Source: Deltaproteobacteria bacterium
Lineage (GTDB): Bacteria; Myxococcota_A; Polyangia; Fen-1088
Length of the DNA: 64,000 nucleotides
NCBI GenBank assembly: GCA_033763315.1
Contig: JANRKS010000022.1
Span: 96,001-160,000 of the forward strand
Direction of reading: 5' to 3'
Made by a program: the position numbers and the translations under genes. Numbering within the stretch: the stretch's first letter is position 1; the number at the start of each line of letters is the position of its first letter. The notes below the pieces were generated by a model that worked only from the letters and a program-made list of their open reading frames with translations, did no database searches and was not told the origin of the DNA. Shown piece by piece: positions 48,316-57,877 of the stretch.

Positions 48316-49977
48316 CTATGGGTTGTCGGCCGCTTCGGCAGCCAGGGCCACCTTATCAACACAGGCGAGCAGATCGTCTGCGCGCACAGGCTTTTCAAGC
48401 ACGTCCAGGCCCGTGGAGAGCACGAACGCCTTCGCTGAATCGTCCACCAGGCCTCCCGTGCATAGGATCAGCCGCTTCAGCATCTGCTTGCGGTGAGCCT
48501 GCACGTGCTGAAAGAATCCCACACCGCCGATGCCCGGCATGATGAGATCGCACAGCACCACATCGAACACGGCGCCATCGTCCAAGATCTGCAACGCCTC
48601 TTCTGCAGAGGCGGCCACAGTTGTGTCGTGAGCCGCAAGCACGCGCGACCACGATGACGCGACCGATGTGTCATCGTCCACCAAAAGCACACGCCAGCGC
48701 CGCCCCGAAAGCGCCACGTGCTCACTCGTCGCGCGGGCCTTTTCAGTTTCGGCTGCAGGCAACAACAACTCAAAACGGCTTCCCGCGCCGCTCGTGCGAG
48801 CCAACCGCAGCTGGCCGCCCATGCGTTGCGCGGCCTCCACCGAGATGGCCAAACCCAACCCGGTACCCTGCCCGCGCGCTTTGGTGGTGAAGAACGGATC
48901 GAAGATGCGATCCGCAGACGACGGCGGCACCCCGGGGCCCTCATCGTCCACAGCGAACACCACGTGTGGCCCTTCAGACACAGCCTCCAGATGGATGCTA
49001 CCCGTGCGGCCCATCATCGCGTCGCAGGCGTTGGAAAATAGGTTCACCAATATCTGCTCCACTTTGCCAATGTCACCCACCGCCATCAGCGTCTCTGGCG
49101 CCGATTTCGTGACGGCCACCCCGCGCGGCACCCGATGCGACACCAGGGCTACCACGCGGTCCAGCACGTTCGCGGGCCAAAAAGTTTCGGTCTTGTCGTT
49201 CTCCATCCGCGAAAAACCCGACAGCTCTTTGACGATGCGTGCGATCCGTTCCGTCGCAAGCTTCGCGTCTTGGGTCATCGCGCGCAGTTCAAGCAACTTA
49301 TCGTTCAGCGATTCGCCTTCACCTTTCGGTGAGCACAATAAAGATCCCAGGACCTGAGTCACAAGCTCAAGGTTGACCAAAATCGACGTCGCCGGATTGT
49401 TGATCTCGTGCGCCACGCCCGCAGCCAAACGTCCCAGCGTCGCCAGGCGCTCTGCGGCCTGCAGCCGCGTCTGGAGGCCTCGCGCGCGCCCACGTGCCAC
49501 CGCAAAAGCCACCGCCCGCCGCAGCACCTCGGTGGATAGTTGGTTCTTCTCGATGTAATCGTCGGCGCCAAGCTCAAGGCAACGTCGCGCCACTTCGCCA
49601 TCCTCAACGCCGGTTAACACCACCATCGGTGTGTCAGGAAGCACGAGCCGCGTTCTGCGCACCACCTCCTCATCGCGCGCGTCGGGCAGGCGCAGATCGA
49701 GCAGCACAACGTCGGGAGGCGTTCCCCGCAACGTCAACTCGGCCATGCTGGCGAAGGGGACCACTGTGTGTTTGCCCTCAGACGCAAGATACGCCTCGAT
49801 CAAGACCTGATCGCCTGGGTTGTCCTCTAGCAGGTACACACACAACGGCCGGTTGGTGGTTTCCTCGCCGGGGGGAGGGGGATGCAAAGGCATGCCGCCC
49901 CAGGGTGTGTTTCTCACGGCAACACCAGCACTGTGTGGGTGCTGCCTGCGCGGATCTTGTTCGGTGCTGAAGAACAT
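48316..49977 (-). CDS. Hybrid histidine kinase (REC-HisKA-HATPase-REC)
   Basis: LLED...LLDLRLP; AGVAHEINNP; DPFFTTK..GTGLGL; C-terminal VDDD...CDLIMP...EKP. Confidence 0.93.
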   Translation of the reverse strand: MFFSTEQDPRRQHPHSAGVAVRNTPWGGMPLHPPPPGEETTNRPLCVYLLEDNPGDQVLIEAYLASEGKHTVVPFASMAELTLRGTPPDVVLLDLRLPDARDEEVVRRTRLVLPDTPMVVLTGVEDGEVARRCLELGADDYIEKNQLSTEVLRRAVAFAVARGRARGLQTRLQAAERLATLGRLAAGVAHEINNPATSILVNLELVTQVLGSLLCSPKGEGESLNDKLLELRAMTQDAKLATERIARIVKELSGFSRMENDKTETFWPANVLDRVVALVSHRVPRGVAVTKSAPETLMAVGDIGKVEQILVNLFSNACDAMMGRTGSIHLEAVSEGPHVVFAVDDEGPGVPPSSADRIFDPFFTTKARGQGTGLGLAISVEAAQRMGGQLRLARTSGAGSRFELLLPAAETEKARATSEHVALSGRRWRVLLVDDDTSVASSWSRVLAAHDTTVAASAEEALQILDDGAVFDVVLCDLIMPGIGGVGFFQHVQAHRKQMLKRLILCTGGLVDDSAKAFVLSTGLDVLEKPVRADDLLACVDKVALAAEAADNP

Positions 49978-49979
49978 CG

Positions 49980-51944
49980 TTATCCCTTCGGGAGCTCCAC
50001 GAAAAATGTGGTCCCCTGATCCACCTGCGATTCAAACCAAATGCGCCCGCCATGGCGCTTCACGATTCTTTGGCACACGGCCAAGCCAACGCCACTGCCA
50101 GGAAATTTATCGACCGGATGCAAGCGCGAGAAAACTTCAAACACCCGCTGTGCGTTGCCTTCGGAGATCCCAATGCCGTTGTCAGCCACCAGGACTCTCC
50201 ACGTATCGGCCTGCTCTTGCGCGCTGACGTGAACCAAAGGAGCCGTATCGGCGCGCCGAAACCGCAATGCATTGCTGATGATGTTCTGGAACAACTGCAT
50301 CATTTGCGACTCATCCGCTTTTAGCCGCGGCAGCTTGTCGCACACAATCGTCGCACCATTGTCTGCGATGCTCTGTCGCAGGTTGGCAAGCACCTGTTGG
50401 ATAACGCCGTCAAGTTCGATGCTCGTTCGCTGCAGCGAGCCGCGGTCCACTTGGCTGTATTCCAGAACGCTTCGAATTAAGCCCCGCAATCGATGAGCGC
50501 CACTGACCGCAAACTCGATGTATCGTTGAGCTTCTTCGTTCAGTTGTGGCCCATACTTGCGGCTCAACAAATCCAAAAACGCTGTGATCATGCGCAACGG
50601 CTCCTGCAAATCGTGCGAAGCCACGTGTGCAAACAGCGCAAGCTCTTCGTTGCTACGCTGTAAGTTTGTGGCTCGCAACGTTTGAGCCGTGGCCTTCTCG
50701 CGCTCGACCACACGACCTAATTGCACGCCGATTTGATGAAACGTCGCTAGCAGCGTGTTCATCACCGCCGGCGTGCGGCGACACCAGAATTTCAGAACGA
50801 AAGGAACGTCGGTTCCCGAGACAACTGGAAACGCAAAGCCCACCGTCATCCCCGCATCGGCCAGCAGCGAACGATGAGGCTCTGGCTCTTCCGTCGCCGA
50901 CCGCAACACGGCCTTCTTCGATTCAAACGCCCAATACGTCAGCGAGCCCGGCTCCGGCTCCACTTTCCACTGTTCACTCATCTGGGGCGCGTCGGGATCG
51001 TCCTTGAGCAACGGATAAAGCACCAAACGGCCACGCACCTGATCATGGCGATACACGCGCGCGAACGTGGCGCCCGATAGCTCGCACACAAGCTCCATCG
51101 CCGACCGCAGCGCAAATTCAATGCTGGGAGACTCGTTGGCGGCCGTCGTTACGTTGCGAATCAGATCCAACGTTTGCTCGATGAGACGTCGTTCGGTGAC
51201 GTCACGGACGGTGGCGAGGACGAATGATCCTTGCGATGATTCAATCGGGCTTAAGCTCACGTCCACCGGAAACTCTTCGCCATTCTTACGGCGTGCGGAC
51301 AACACAAGGCCAAGGCCCATCGACCGCACCTGCTTGTTCGAGCTGAAGGCTTGACGATGCTTCTCATGTTGGGCTCTGTGACGCAGGGGCAGAAGCGTTT
51401 CCACAGTCGCTCCGATTAACTCGTCACGTTCGTAGCCGAAGCACTCCTGCAGCCTGCGATTTACGAAAACGATCTTACCCGCCGCGTCCACCACCACCAC
51501 GGAGTCCGGCGTGGCCTCCAAGAATTCTTGCGCGCGCTCTGCGGGCGTGGGCGTTCGCCCCGAGGTGGCTTGCAATGGCAGCGGTCGGTTCACAGCCACC
51601 AAAGACGCCGCCTCGCCCTCCAGCTTCGTCACATGTGACCACACCGGCACATCGAAACCGGCCTTGTGTCGTTGCAGGACCTCGCCTTCCCAGACACCGC
51701 CTTTGCCCAACGCGGCCAACGAAGACTCGCGGCTGTCATCGCGAAAGCGTGTGTGCAATCGTGACAGCGGCTGCCCCAACATTTCGTTCGCGGACCAGCC
51801 GTAAAGCGCGGTGGCCGCCGTGTTCCAAAACACAACGTGCCCGCGCGCGTTCACGGCCACAATTGGCACAGCAATTGACCGAAGCAACAGGCGATCGAGG
51901 TTACCTCCCTCCGTCGCGCCCCCCGCGCATGCATCCGCATCCAC
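49980..51944 (-). CDS. Cytoplasmic PAS-PAS-GAF histidine kinase
   Basis: Two PAS domains, a GAF-like segment, FAHVASHDLQEPLR, DNGIGI, GSGVGLA. Confidence 0.93.
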   Translation of the reverse strand: MDADACAGGATEGGNLDRLLLRSIAVPIVAVNARGHVVFWNTAATALYGWSANEMLGQPLSRLHTRFRDDSRESSLAALGKGGVWEGEVLQRHKAGFDVPVWSHVTKLEGEAASLVAVNRPLPLQATSGRTPTPAERAQEFLEATPDSVVVVDAAGKIVFVNRRLQECFGYERDELIGATVETLLPLRHRAQHEKHRQAFSSNKQVRSMGLGLVLSARRKNGEEFPVDVSLSPIESSQGSFVLATVRDVTERRLIEQTLDLIRNVTTAANESPSIEFALRSAMELVCELSGATFARVYRHDQVRGRLVLYPLLKDDPDAPQMSEQWKVEPEPGSLTYWAFESKKAVLRSATEEPEPHRSLLADAGMTVGFAFPVVSGTDVPFVLKFWCRRTPAVMNTLLATFHQIGVQLGRVVEREKATAQTLRATNLQRSNEELALFAHVASHDLQEPLRMITAFLDLLSRKYGPQLNEEAQRYIEFAVSGAHRLRGLIRSVLEYSQVDRGSLQRTSIELDGVIQQVLANLRQSIADNGATIVCDKLPRLKADESQMMQLFQNIISNALRFRRADTAPLVHVSAQEQADTWRVLVADNGIGISEGNAQRVFEVFSRLHPVDKFPGSGVGLAVCQRIVKRHGGRIWFESQVDQGTTFFVELPKG

Positions 51945-52082
51945 CCGATTATTGTAACTGAATTAAAGCGGCAGGTAACCTACTTTGCCTATGAGGAAAA
52001 AAACGCGGCGTTACGAATTATACCCAGAACAGGCACGCTGGCGCCGGACGGGGTGACCCGCGCTACGTCCCTCGCTCAGATG

Positions 52083-52106
52083 GCCCCTTGGCAGGGGTTT
52101 TTCTTT
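52083..52106 (+). terminator. Terminator-like hairpin in the divergent intergenic region
   Basis: GCCCCT-TGGC-AGGGGT followed by TTTTCTTT. Confidence 0.45.
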
Positions 52107-52142
52107 GGCTGTGGTCGGCCTGTTGCGGCCTATAGTTGCAAC

Positions 52143-53054
52143 GTGATTCGACGCCAAATCTTGAAAGTTTCCGCCACCGCCTTGGGCGCCGCCGCTTACG
52201 GGTGGAGCCGCCTTAGCCCCGCCGCCCCCGCCCAACCCGGCCCGCCGCGAGGCAAAGCCAAAGGTAAACCGATGCAAAAGGTTGTGAAGAACGGGCGTCT
52301 TAAGCAGTCCGTTTCGCAATGGTGTTACGGCAAGCTGCCGCTTGATGAGTTGTGCCGCGCGGCCGCGGACATGGGCCTCAAAGCCATCGATCTTCTGGAG
52401 GAGAAGGACTGGGAAACGCCAGCCAAGTTCGGCCTGGTGTGCTCGATGGCTTACGCCGATGGCGGATCGATCCCCGAGGGCTTGAACAACAAGGCCAACC
52501 ACGACGCTATCGTTAAGGGACTCACGGCGAAGATTCCCAAGGCGGCGAAACTGGGCTTACCGAACGTGATTACGTTCTTCGGCAACCGACGCGGTATGAA
52601 CGACGCACAAGCCATCGACAACTGCGTGCTGGGCCTCAACCGCATCAAAGGCATCGCCGAAAGCGAAGGCGTGACTGTGTGTGTGGAGTTGCTGAACAGC
52701 AAAGTGGATCACCACGATTACCACGGTGATCGAACAGCGTTTGGTGTCGAAGTGTGTAAGCGCGTGAACTCGCCACGCATCAAACTACTTTACGACATCT
52801 ACCACATGCAGATCATGGAGGGCGATCTCATCCGAACCATCCGCGATAACCAGCAGTGGATCGGGCATTACCACACCGGGGGCGTTCCGGGACGCCACGA
52901 GCTGGACGACACGCAGGAAGTAAATTGGGCCACCGTGTGCAAAGCGATCGTGGACACGGGATACCAGGGCTACGTTGCGCATGAGTTTGTACCTAAAAAC
53001 AAAGAGAATCCGTTGCAATCGCTGCGTGAAGCCGCGGCTTTGTGCGACGTCTAA
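52143..53054 (+). CDS. Tat-exported hydroxypyruvate isomerase / AP-endonuclease-2 TIM barrel protein
   Basis: IRRQILK Tat motif, VELLNSKVDH, LYDIYHMQIMEG, HYHTGGVPGR.E, GYVAHEF. Confidence 0.88.
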   Translation: MIRRQILKVSATALGAAAYGWSRLSPAAPAQPGPPRGKAKGKPMQKVVKNGRLKQSVSQWCYGKLPLDELCRAAADMGLKAIDLLEEKDWETPAKFGLVCSMAYADGGSIPEGLNNKANHDAIVKGLTAKIPKAAKLGLPNVITFFGNRRGMNDAQAIDNCVLGLNRIKGIAESEGVTVCVELLNSKVDHHDYHGDRTAFGVEVCKRVNSPRIKLLYDIYHMQIMEGDLIRTIRDNQQWIGHYHTGGVPGRHELDDTQEVNWATVCKAIVDTGYQGYVAHEFVPKNKENPLQSLREAAALCDV

Positions 53055-53060
53055 GCGGGC

Positions 53061-53618
53061 TTAATTCGCCGCGGTTTTGGGCGCGTTGGGAAAATCCACA
53101 ACCAGGAATTTGGTTCCGTCGGGGCCATCTTCCACGCGCGGCGTGGCGGCCACGGCCGATTTGAGCGAGATGACGATCTCAACGTCGCGCTTATGTTGAC
53201 GCGTTTTGATCCCCGCCACAGGTGTGTCGAAGAAGCGCGTGTTCAGATCGCGCTCGTTGTTGCGTAGATGCACGCGGCAGTTGCGTAAGGTCAAAGCCAT
53301 TGATGTGCCGCCGTCCTTGACGTCGAAAGTGACAGGCACCGTTGTTTGCAAGAACACGCGGCCGCCGGCTTCGGAGGGCTGAAAGCCTGTCCACACGAGT
53401 TTGGGTGGATTCGTGTCAGCCTTCGGCAAGGGATTCTTGTTTGCAGAGCCCGGCGCCACGCCCACGTAAGCGTCCGGCGACGCCGCGGGTTCGGGCGCCT
53501 TCACGGGTTCACCTTCTGCACGCGCGTCCGCAGCCAACCAGCTGCACACCACCAAGGCTGCCGCGCTACAGGCACGAACAAAAACAGCACCCTGCGTAGA
53601 CCGACGTTGCATCTTCAT
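53061..53618 (-). CDS. Exported AMIN-like domain protein
   Basis: Signal peptide ..DARA, GRVFLQT, NNERDLNTRFFDTPV; predicted beta-sandwich. Confidence 0.6.
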   Translation of the reverse strand: MKMQRRSTQGAVFVRACSAAALVVCSWLAADARAEGEPVKAPEPAASPDAYVGVAPGSANKNPLPKADTNPPKLVWTGFQPSEAGGRVFLQTTVPVTFDVKDGGTSMALTLRNCRVHLRNNERDLNTRFFDTPVAGIKTRQHKRDVEIVISLKSAVAATPRVEDGPDGTKFLVVDFPNAPKTAAN

Positions 53619-53702
53619 AGCCGTCCTTCAGGCCTTACATCGGCAGCTTAACGATAGAACTTGCGGCAGGAGGCTCTTGCGACGCGATGTAGGGCAGCCG
53701 CC

Positions 53703-54620
53703 TTACATGGCGGCTTTTTCCAGGGCCGCGTAATGTTTGCCAATTGTCTGCGCCACCTCTTTGTTGCCTTGCGCTGAGAGGTGCGGCTGTCCGGAGTACA
53801 TCGAGCACGAAGACACCTCGAACCGGGGCGACACAGTGATAAAGCCGTTTGAGGCATCAGCCAGCGCCTGCTGGGCTTTGTCGAGGTTCGGCGACACGGT
53901 GGTTTCGTTTCCACAATCCTTGTTGCCGGGCCCGCGAACGAACGTCATCAGTTCGATGTTTTTCACGTTGGGGTATTTGGCCTTGATGGTGGGAATCGCA
54001 GAAGCGATCAACGTCTGCCACGCTTGTTGGCTCGTGCCCAAGTGGTTCCCCGTTTGAGTCACAAAGATCACGCGATCAGGCGCCTTGCCGCCCGCGCATT
54101 TGGATTTTGTTTGGCAATCGTAATATTGGCCTTCGCACGTTTCTTTCCACACAGCGTGCCCGGGATTGGCCCAATCTTCCACGAACGAATGGTGCGGCGC
54201 TTTGACTTGCCACTTGTCGCCGCTGACCAAAGCTTCAAAGCCGGCCGCAAACCATTCACCCGTGACGTTGGGGCCGATGAACGTTGTGCATTCATAACTC
54301 GCCTTGGTTTGTGAGCCGCCTGCGGCGTCTGCTCCGGCATCTGGGTTCGCGCTCCCGCCCACGCCTGCAGTGTTGCTGCCGGCCTTGCCGCCGATGGCCA
54401 CGCCGCCCGCCCCGCCGCCCGCCGTACCTCCCATCACCATCGCTTGCCCGCCTTTGCCTGCGGCCTCACCCGCACCACCCGATTCACCACCACCCCCTTG
54501 CTCGTCACCGCCTGCGCCGCCCCCGCCCGCTTGATCCGTGCTTTCATTCGAGCTGCTGCAAGCGGCCGCCAAAGCAGCCAACGTCAATGGCAAAGTGATG
54601 AGCATGAGGTTCGTCTTCAT
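53703..54620 (-). CDS. Lipoprotein with Gly linker and SGNH-like domain
   Basis: Lipobox AAAC, Gly-rich linker, C-terminal QPHLSAQG..VA..I. Confidence 0.65.
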   Translation of the reverse strand: MKTNLMLITLPLTLAALAAACSSSNESTDQAGGGGAGGDEQGGGGESGGAGEAAGKGGQAMVMGGTAGGGAGGVAIGGKAGSNTAGVGGSANPDAGADAAGGSQTKASYECTTFIGPNVTGEWFAAGFEALVSGDKWQVKAPHHSFVEDWANPGHAVWKETCEGQYYDCQTKSKCAGGKAPDRVIFVTQTGNHLGTSQQAWQTLIASAIPTIKAKYPNVKNIELMTFVRGPGNKDCGNETTVSPNLDKAQQALADASNGFITVSPRFEVSSCSMYSGQPHLSAQGNKEVAQTIGKHYAALEKAAM

Positions 54621-54636
54621 TTCTTTCCTCGATTGA

Positions 54637-55986
54637 CTAGAGCGTAAACAGGCCGGGGATCGGGCCCTTTGACTTTGTAGGAAAGCCCGTAAGCGTTGTG
54701 CCGAACGAAGGTGCAAGCGAAGTCCACACATCATTCGAAGTGAAATCTTGGCCACTCACATCTAGAACGCGGCCACGCGTTTTCAGGCCCACACCATCAC
54801 CGCCAAACAACACGAACGGATAGTTGTTGAACGAATGGTTCCAGCCCTCGGAGATTTCGTTGAGGTACCAAACCAACGTGTTGTCCAAAAGCTTTCCGCC
54901 GCCCAAATCCGCGGAGGCCGCCAATTCTTTGATGAATATGGCGGTTTGTTCGGAGTACCACTTGTCAACCGCACTTAAAGGCCCGCGCGAATTGGCATGT
55001 GAGGTTGAGTGATGGTTGTTCGAGCCCAGGGGTCCGAACGACAAACGGCTTGCGCCCGTGGCCCATTGAAACGTAGCGACGCGCGTGAGATCGCAGCGAA
55101 ACGCCGCCGCGAGCAGCTTCAGATGTTGCCCGCCCACCTTGGCGGTATTCGTGTAGTCGCCACCGGCTTTCGCGGCCATATCGATCGCTGGCTTTGCACA
55201 CACGGTGCCTTGGGTCTCTGCGGCTTTGAGATCTGCGTCTAGGTTGCGCTCCACTTCACGCACCGCTGTGGTGTGGGCGTCGAGATCATCTTTGACGGCG
55301 CTTGGAAACGCAGACTTGGCGCGATCAAGATCCCACGTGATGAAATCAAGGACGCTTTGCTTGCGTGCACGCTTGCGCCGCAACTCATCCAAGTTTGTGG
55401 CTGTGCCACCCCCGGGCATGATCTCGCTGCCGAACAAACGCTTGTAAACGTCGTAAGGTGTAAGCGTTGGATAGATCGGTTGCGCGGCCGCAGAATACGA
55501 CATCGTGACATTCGGGGTTTCGTTGCCCCCGTCTTGATCGCCGTGCGCCCCCAGCTGCACAGAAGGCACGCGCGCGCCTTTAAGCTCAGCTGAGCGCTTG
55601 ACGAGCGTTTGGTCCAAAGACTCGGCCGAGCTTTTGTAATCATCATTCGTGCGATCGGTGGGCCCCAATTTGGCGCCTGTCATGATCGTCACCAGACCGG
55701 CTTCGTGGCTGCCGCCGGTGCTACCGTTTGAAGGCCGAACGTTCACGCCCTTCAGAGCCACGGCGTACGACCACACGTCCGCAAAGGGGCTGAGGATGGG
55801 CCCGGGCGCCGAACCTTTGAGCCAATCCTCCGCGATGGTGCCGTTGGGGCGGTGGATCATCACGAAACGCTTTGGTGCGGTGGCGCCTTCCGCACGCTTG
55901 ACAGCGGATGCCAGCCAATGCGCCAGCGCCGCGGAGCCGCCGGCCACTTTCAAGAATGAACGCCGAGACGCACGTGTGGAATTCAT
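54637..55986 (-). CDS. Tat-exported DUF1552 family protein
   Basis: SRRSFLK, PKRFV, SLDQ, KQSVLD, AFRCDLTRVAT, HHSTSH, LLDNTL. Confidence 0.88.
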   Translation of the reverse strand: MNSTRASRRSFLKVAGGSAALAHWLASAVKRAEGATAPKRFVMIHRPNGTIAEDWLKGSAPGPILSPFADVWSYAVALKGVNVRPSNGSTGGSHEAGLVTIMTGAKLGPTDRTNDDYKSSAESLDQTLVKRSAELKGARVPSVQLGAHGDQDGGNETPNVTMSYSAAAQPIYPTLTPYDVYKRLFGSEIMPGGGTATNLDELRRKRARKQSVLDFITWDLDRAKSAFPSAVKDDLDAHTTAVREVERNLDADLKAAETQGTVCAKPAIDMAAKAGGDYTNTAKVGGQHLKLLAAAFRCDLTRVATFQWATGASRLSFGPLGSNNHHSTSHANSRGPLSAVDKWYSEQTAIFIKELAASADLGGGKLLDNTLVWYLNEISEGWNHSFNNYPFVLFGGDGVGLKTRGRVLDVSGQDFTSNDVWTSLAPSFGTTLTGFPTKSKGPIPGLFTL

Positions 55987-57704
55987 GGTTGCACTCCTTG
56001 GCGATCCCCGAGCGCGGGCCACGTGGCCACGGCGCGCACCAGTTCATTGAAGCTACCGTTGGCCTTGGTGAAGGCGTCGTTCACAGCCGCAACGGTGCAC
56101 ACATCTTCATCTGCCAAACGCCGCCCCAACGCATAGGACGCAAACTGGCGCGACAAGCATTCACGCACGGCCCCACTTTCTGCGAGCCTCGCTGACAAAT
56201 CAACGGCGTCGGTGATCTTCCCGCGCACATCGAAAATACCGGCTTCCCAAACCGAATCGACGGGGACATCGCCTTGCGGTGTTTTGATGGTTTCGCGGTA
56301 CCTGCCGAGCGTGTCGTAGTGCTCGAAGTTCACACCGAACGGATCGAAGTAGGCGTGGCACCCTGCACAACGTGGCACCATGCTCCGCTTCTCCGCGCGT
56401 TCGCGTTCAGTGAAGGTCACCTTCTTGAGTTCTTCAGCACGGGCCAAGTCATCAGCCCCGGGCGGCGGTGGGAAGAAGCACAAGAGTTCGCGCACCAAAA
56501 ACACGCCCCTGTGCACAACAGATGATTCATCCGGGGTGGCTTCAAGCGCGTTGAATGCGGCGCGCGTTAAGAATCCGGCGCGTTGTGTGGCAGGCAACTC
56601 CACCTCTTTCCACGTGTCCCCCGCGGGCGCGGGCACGCCATACACAGCCGCCAACTTTGCATCTACAGAGGCTTTCCGCGACGTCAACAAGGACTCAATG
56701 GTTGGCGTGGGCGACGCGAGCACGGCGCCGATGAAGCTGGTGGCTTCGTTGTGCATCGATTTCACAAGCTCGGGTGTGAACTCCTTGAACGATTGATCCT
56801 TGTTGGCGTCAAACAACCGATCGAGGTGAAACATGCGCTGCACGATGCTGGAGATGTTCGCCTTCACGGCGGGCGTGGCCATCAGGCGATCCACCTGCTT
56901 TTTAAGGCCGCTGGCCGTATCCAAGCCGCCATTGAGAGCGGCCTCCCACAGTTCGTCATCGGGCAAGCCATCGCGAAGGAAGAACGAAACCTTCGCTGCC
57001 AATTCAAACGGCGTAAGCTTGCCGGCCTTATCGCCGCTTTGGCCAAGCTCGGTTTGATAAATGAACGAAGGTGATTGCAGCGCAGCTTCGATCACCAAAC
57101 GAATGCCCGCCGCGTAGCCCCCATCCATCGCGCCGGCTTGATAGACGGCCATCAACTTTTCAGTTTCCATGGCGCTCAACGGACGTCGAAACGCACGTGA
57201 GCCGAACTTGCCGATGAACGTCCGAGCACACGTGGCTGAATCGCCTGCGCACGCCACAAGGGGCGCGCCGGTGGCGGTGGCTCTCGCGGCAAGCTCCTCA
57301 ACCACACCCTGCAATTTCAAAAACACAGCGCCGTCCAAGGGCGCCGCTTTGTTAGGAATGAAGCTCTCGCGGCTGCCCGAGGTGGATGCAAACGCGGGCG
57401 CGGCCGGCAACGCCAGCAAATCTCGCAGGGCGTTCGCGAGATGGCGGTCCGACAAACGCGTGGTGCGCTTGGGCAATGTGGGCGAACACGCAGCGGCCGG
57501 CCGCCATGTGTCAGAGAACGGATCCGCAGGGAGGTTCTCCTCGGTCCTCTCCTCGAGCGGCCCCGGCTGGGATTCGCCGCCCGCCCCCGCAGGGCCCGCG
57601 GTTGCGTCTTGTTCAACGCTGCCGCTGCAGCTGGCGCAGAGGCCCCAAAGCCCAGACGCAAGCGCCCACGGCAAAACAACACCCCGACAACTTCTTCCGG
57701 ACAT
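55983..57704 (-). CDS. DUF1592/DUF1588 lipoprotein with CxxCH
   Basis: Lipobox CASC, LQSPSFIY, FELAAKVSF...PDDEL, RG.FL...LLC.PPPP, CAGCH..FDPFG..FE.YD.LG. Confidence 0.88.
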   Translation of the reverse strand: MSGRSCRGVVLPWALASGLWGLCASCSGSVEQDATAGPAGAGGESQPGPLEERTEENLPADPFSDTWRPAAACSPTLPKRTTRLSDRHLANALRDLLALPAAPAFASTSGSRESFIPNKAAPLDGAVFLKLQGVVEELAARATATGAPLVACAGDSATCARTFIGKFGSRAFRRPLSAMETEKLMAVYQAGAMDGGYAAGIRLVIEAALQSPSFIYQTELGQSGDKAGKLTPFELAAKVSFFLRDGLPDDELWEAALNGGLDTASGLKKQVDRLMATPAVKANISSIVQRMFHLDRLFDANKDQSFKEFTPELVKSMHNEATSFIGAVLASPTPTIESLLTSRKASVDAKLAAVYGVPAPAGDTWKEVELPATQRAGFLTRAAFNALEATPDESSVVHRGVFLVRELLCFFPPPPGADDLARAEELKKVTFTERERAEKRSMVPRCAGCHAYFDPFGVNFEHYDTLGRYRETIKTPQGDVPVDSVWEAGIFDVRGKITDAVDLSARLAESGAVRECLSRQFASYALGRRLADEDVCTVAAVNDAFTKANGSFNELVRAVATWPALGDRQGVQP

Positions 57705-57794
57705 GAACTACCTCCGGCAATGCGAGGATCCGAACCCGAAGCTTCGGACTGACCTAAACGACCAGTGGTCGACTAAACCAGAACGTAAGTAGAC

Positions 57795-57830
57795 ATAACA
57801 AAATATAACTTTTCAATAACAAAATGTAAC
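57795..57830. promoter_or_regulatory. Phased direct-repeat operator
   Basis: ATAACAAAATATAAC and ATAACAAAATGTAAC 21 bp apart; (A/G)TAAC at 57795, 57805, 57816 and 57826. Confidence 0.6.
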
Positions 57831-57877
57831 GTCGAGACTGATCTGGCTTGAGCTGGGATTGGGGGTCGAGGTTCAGG

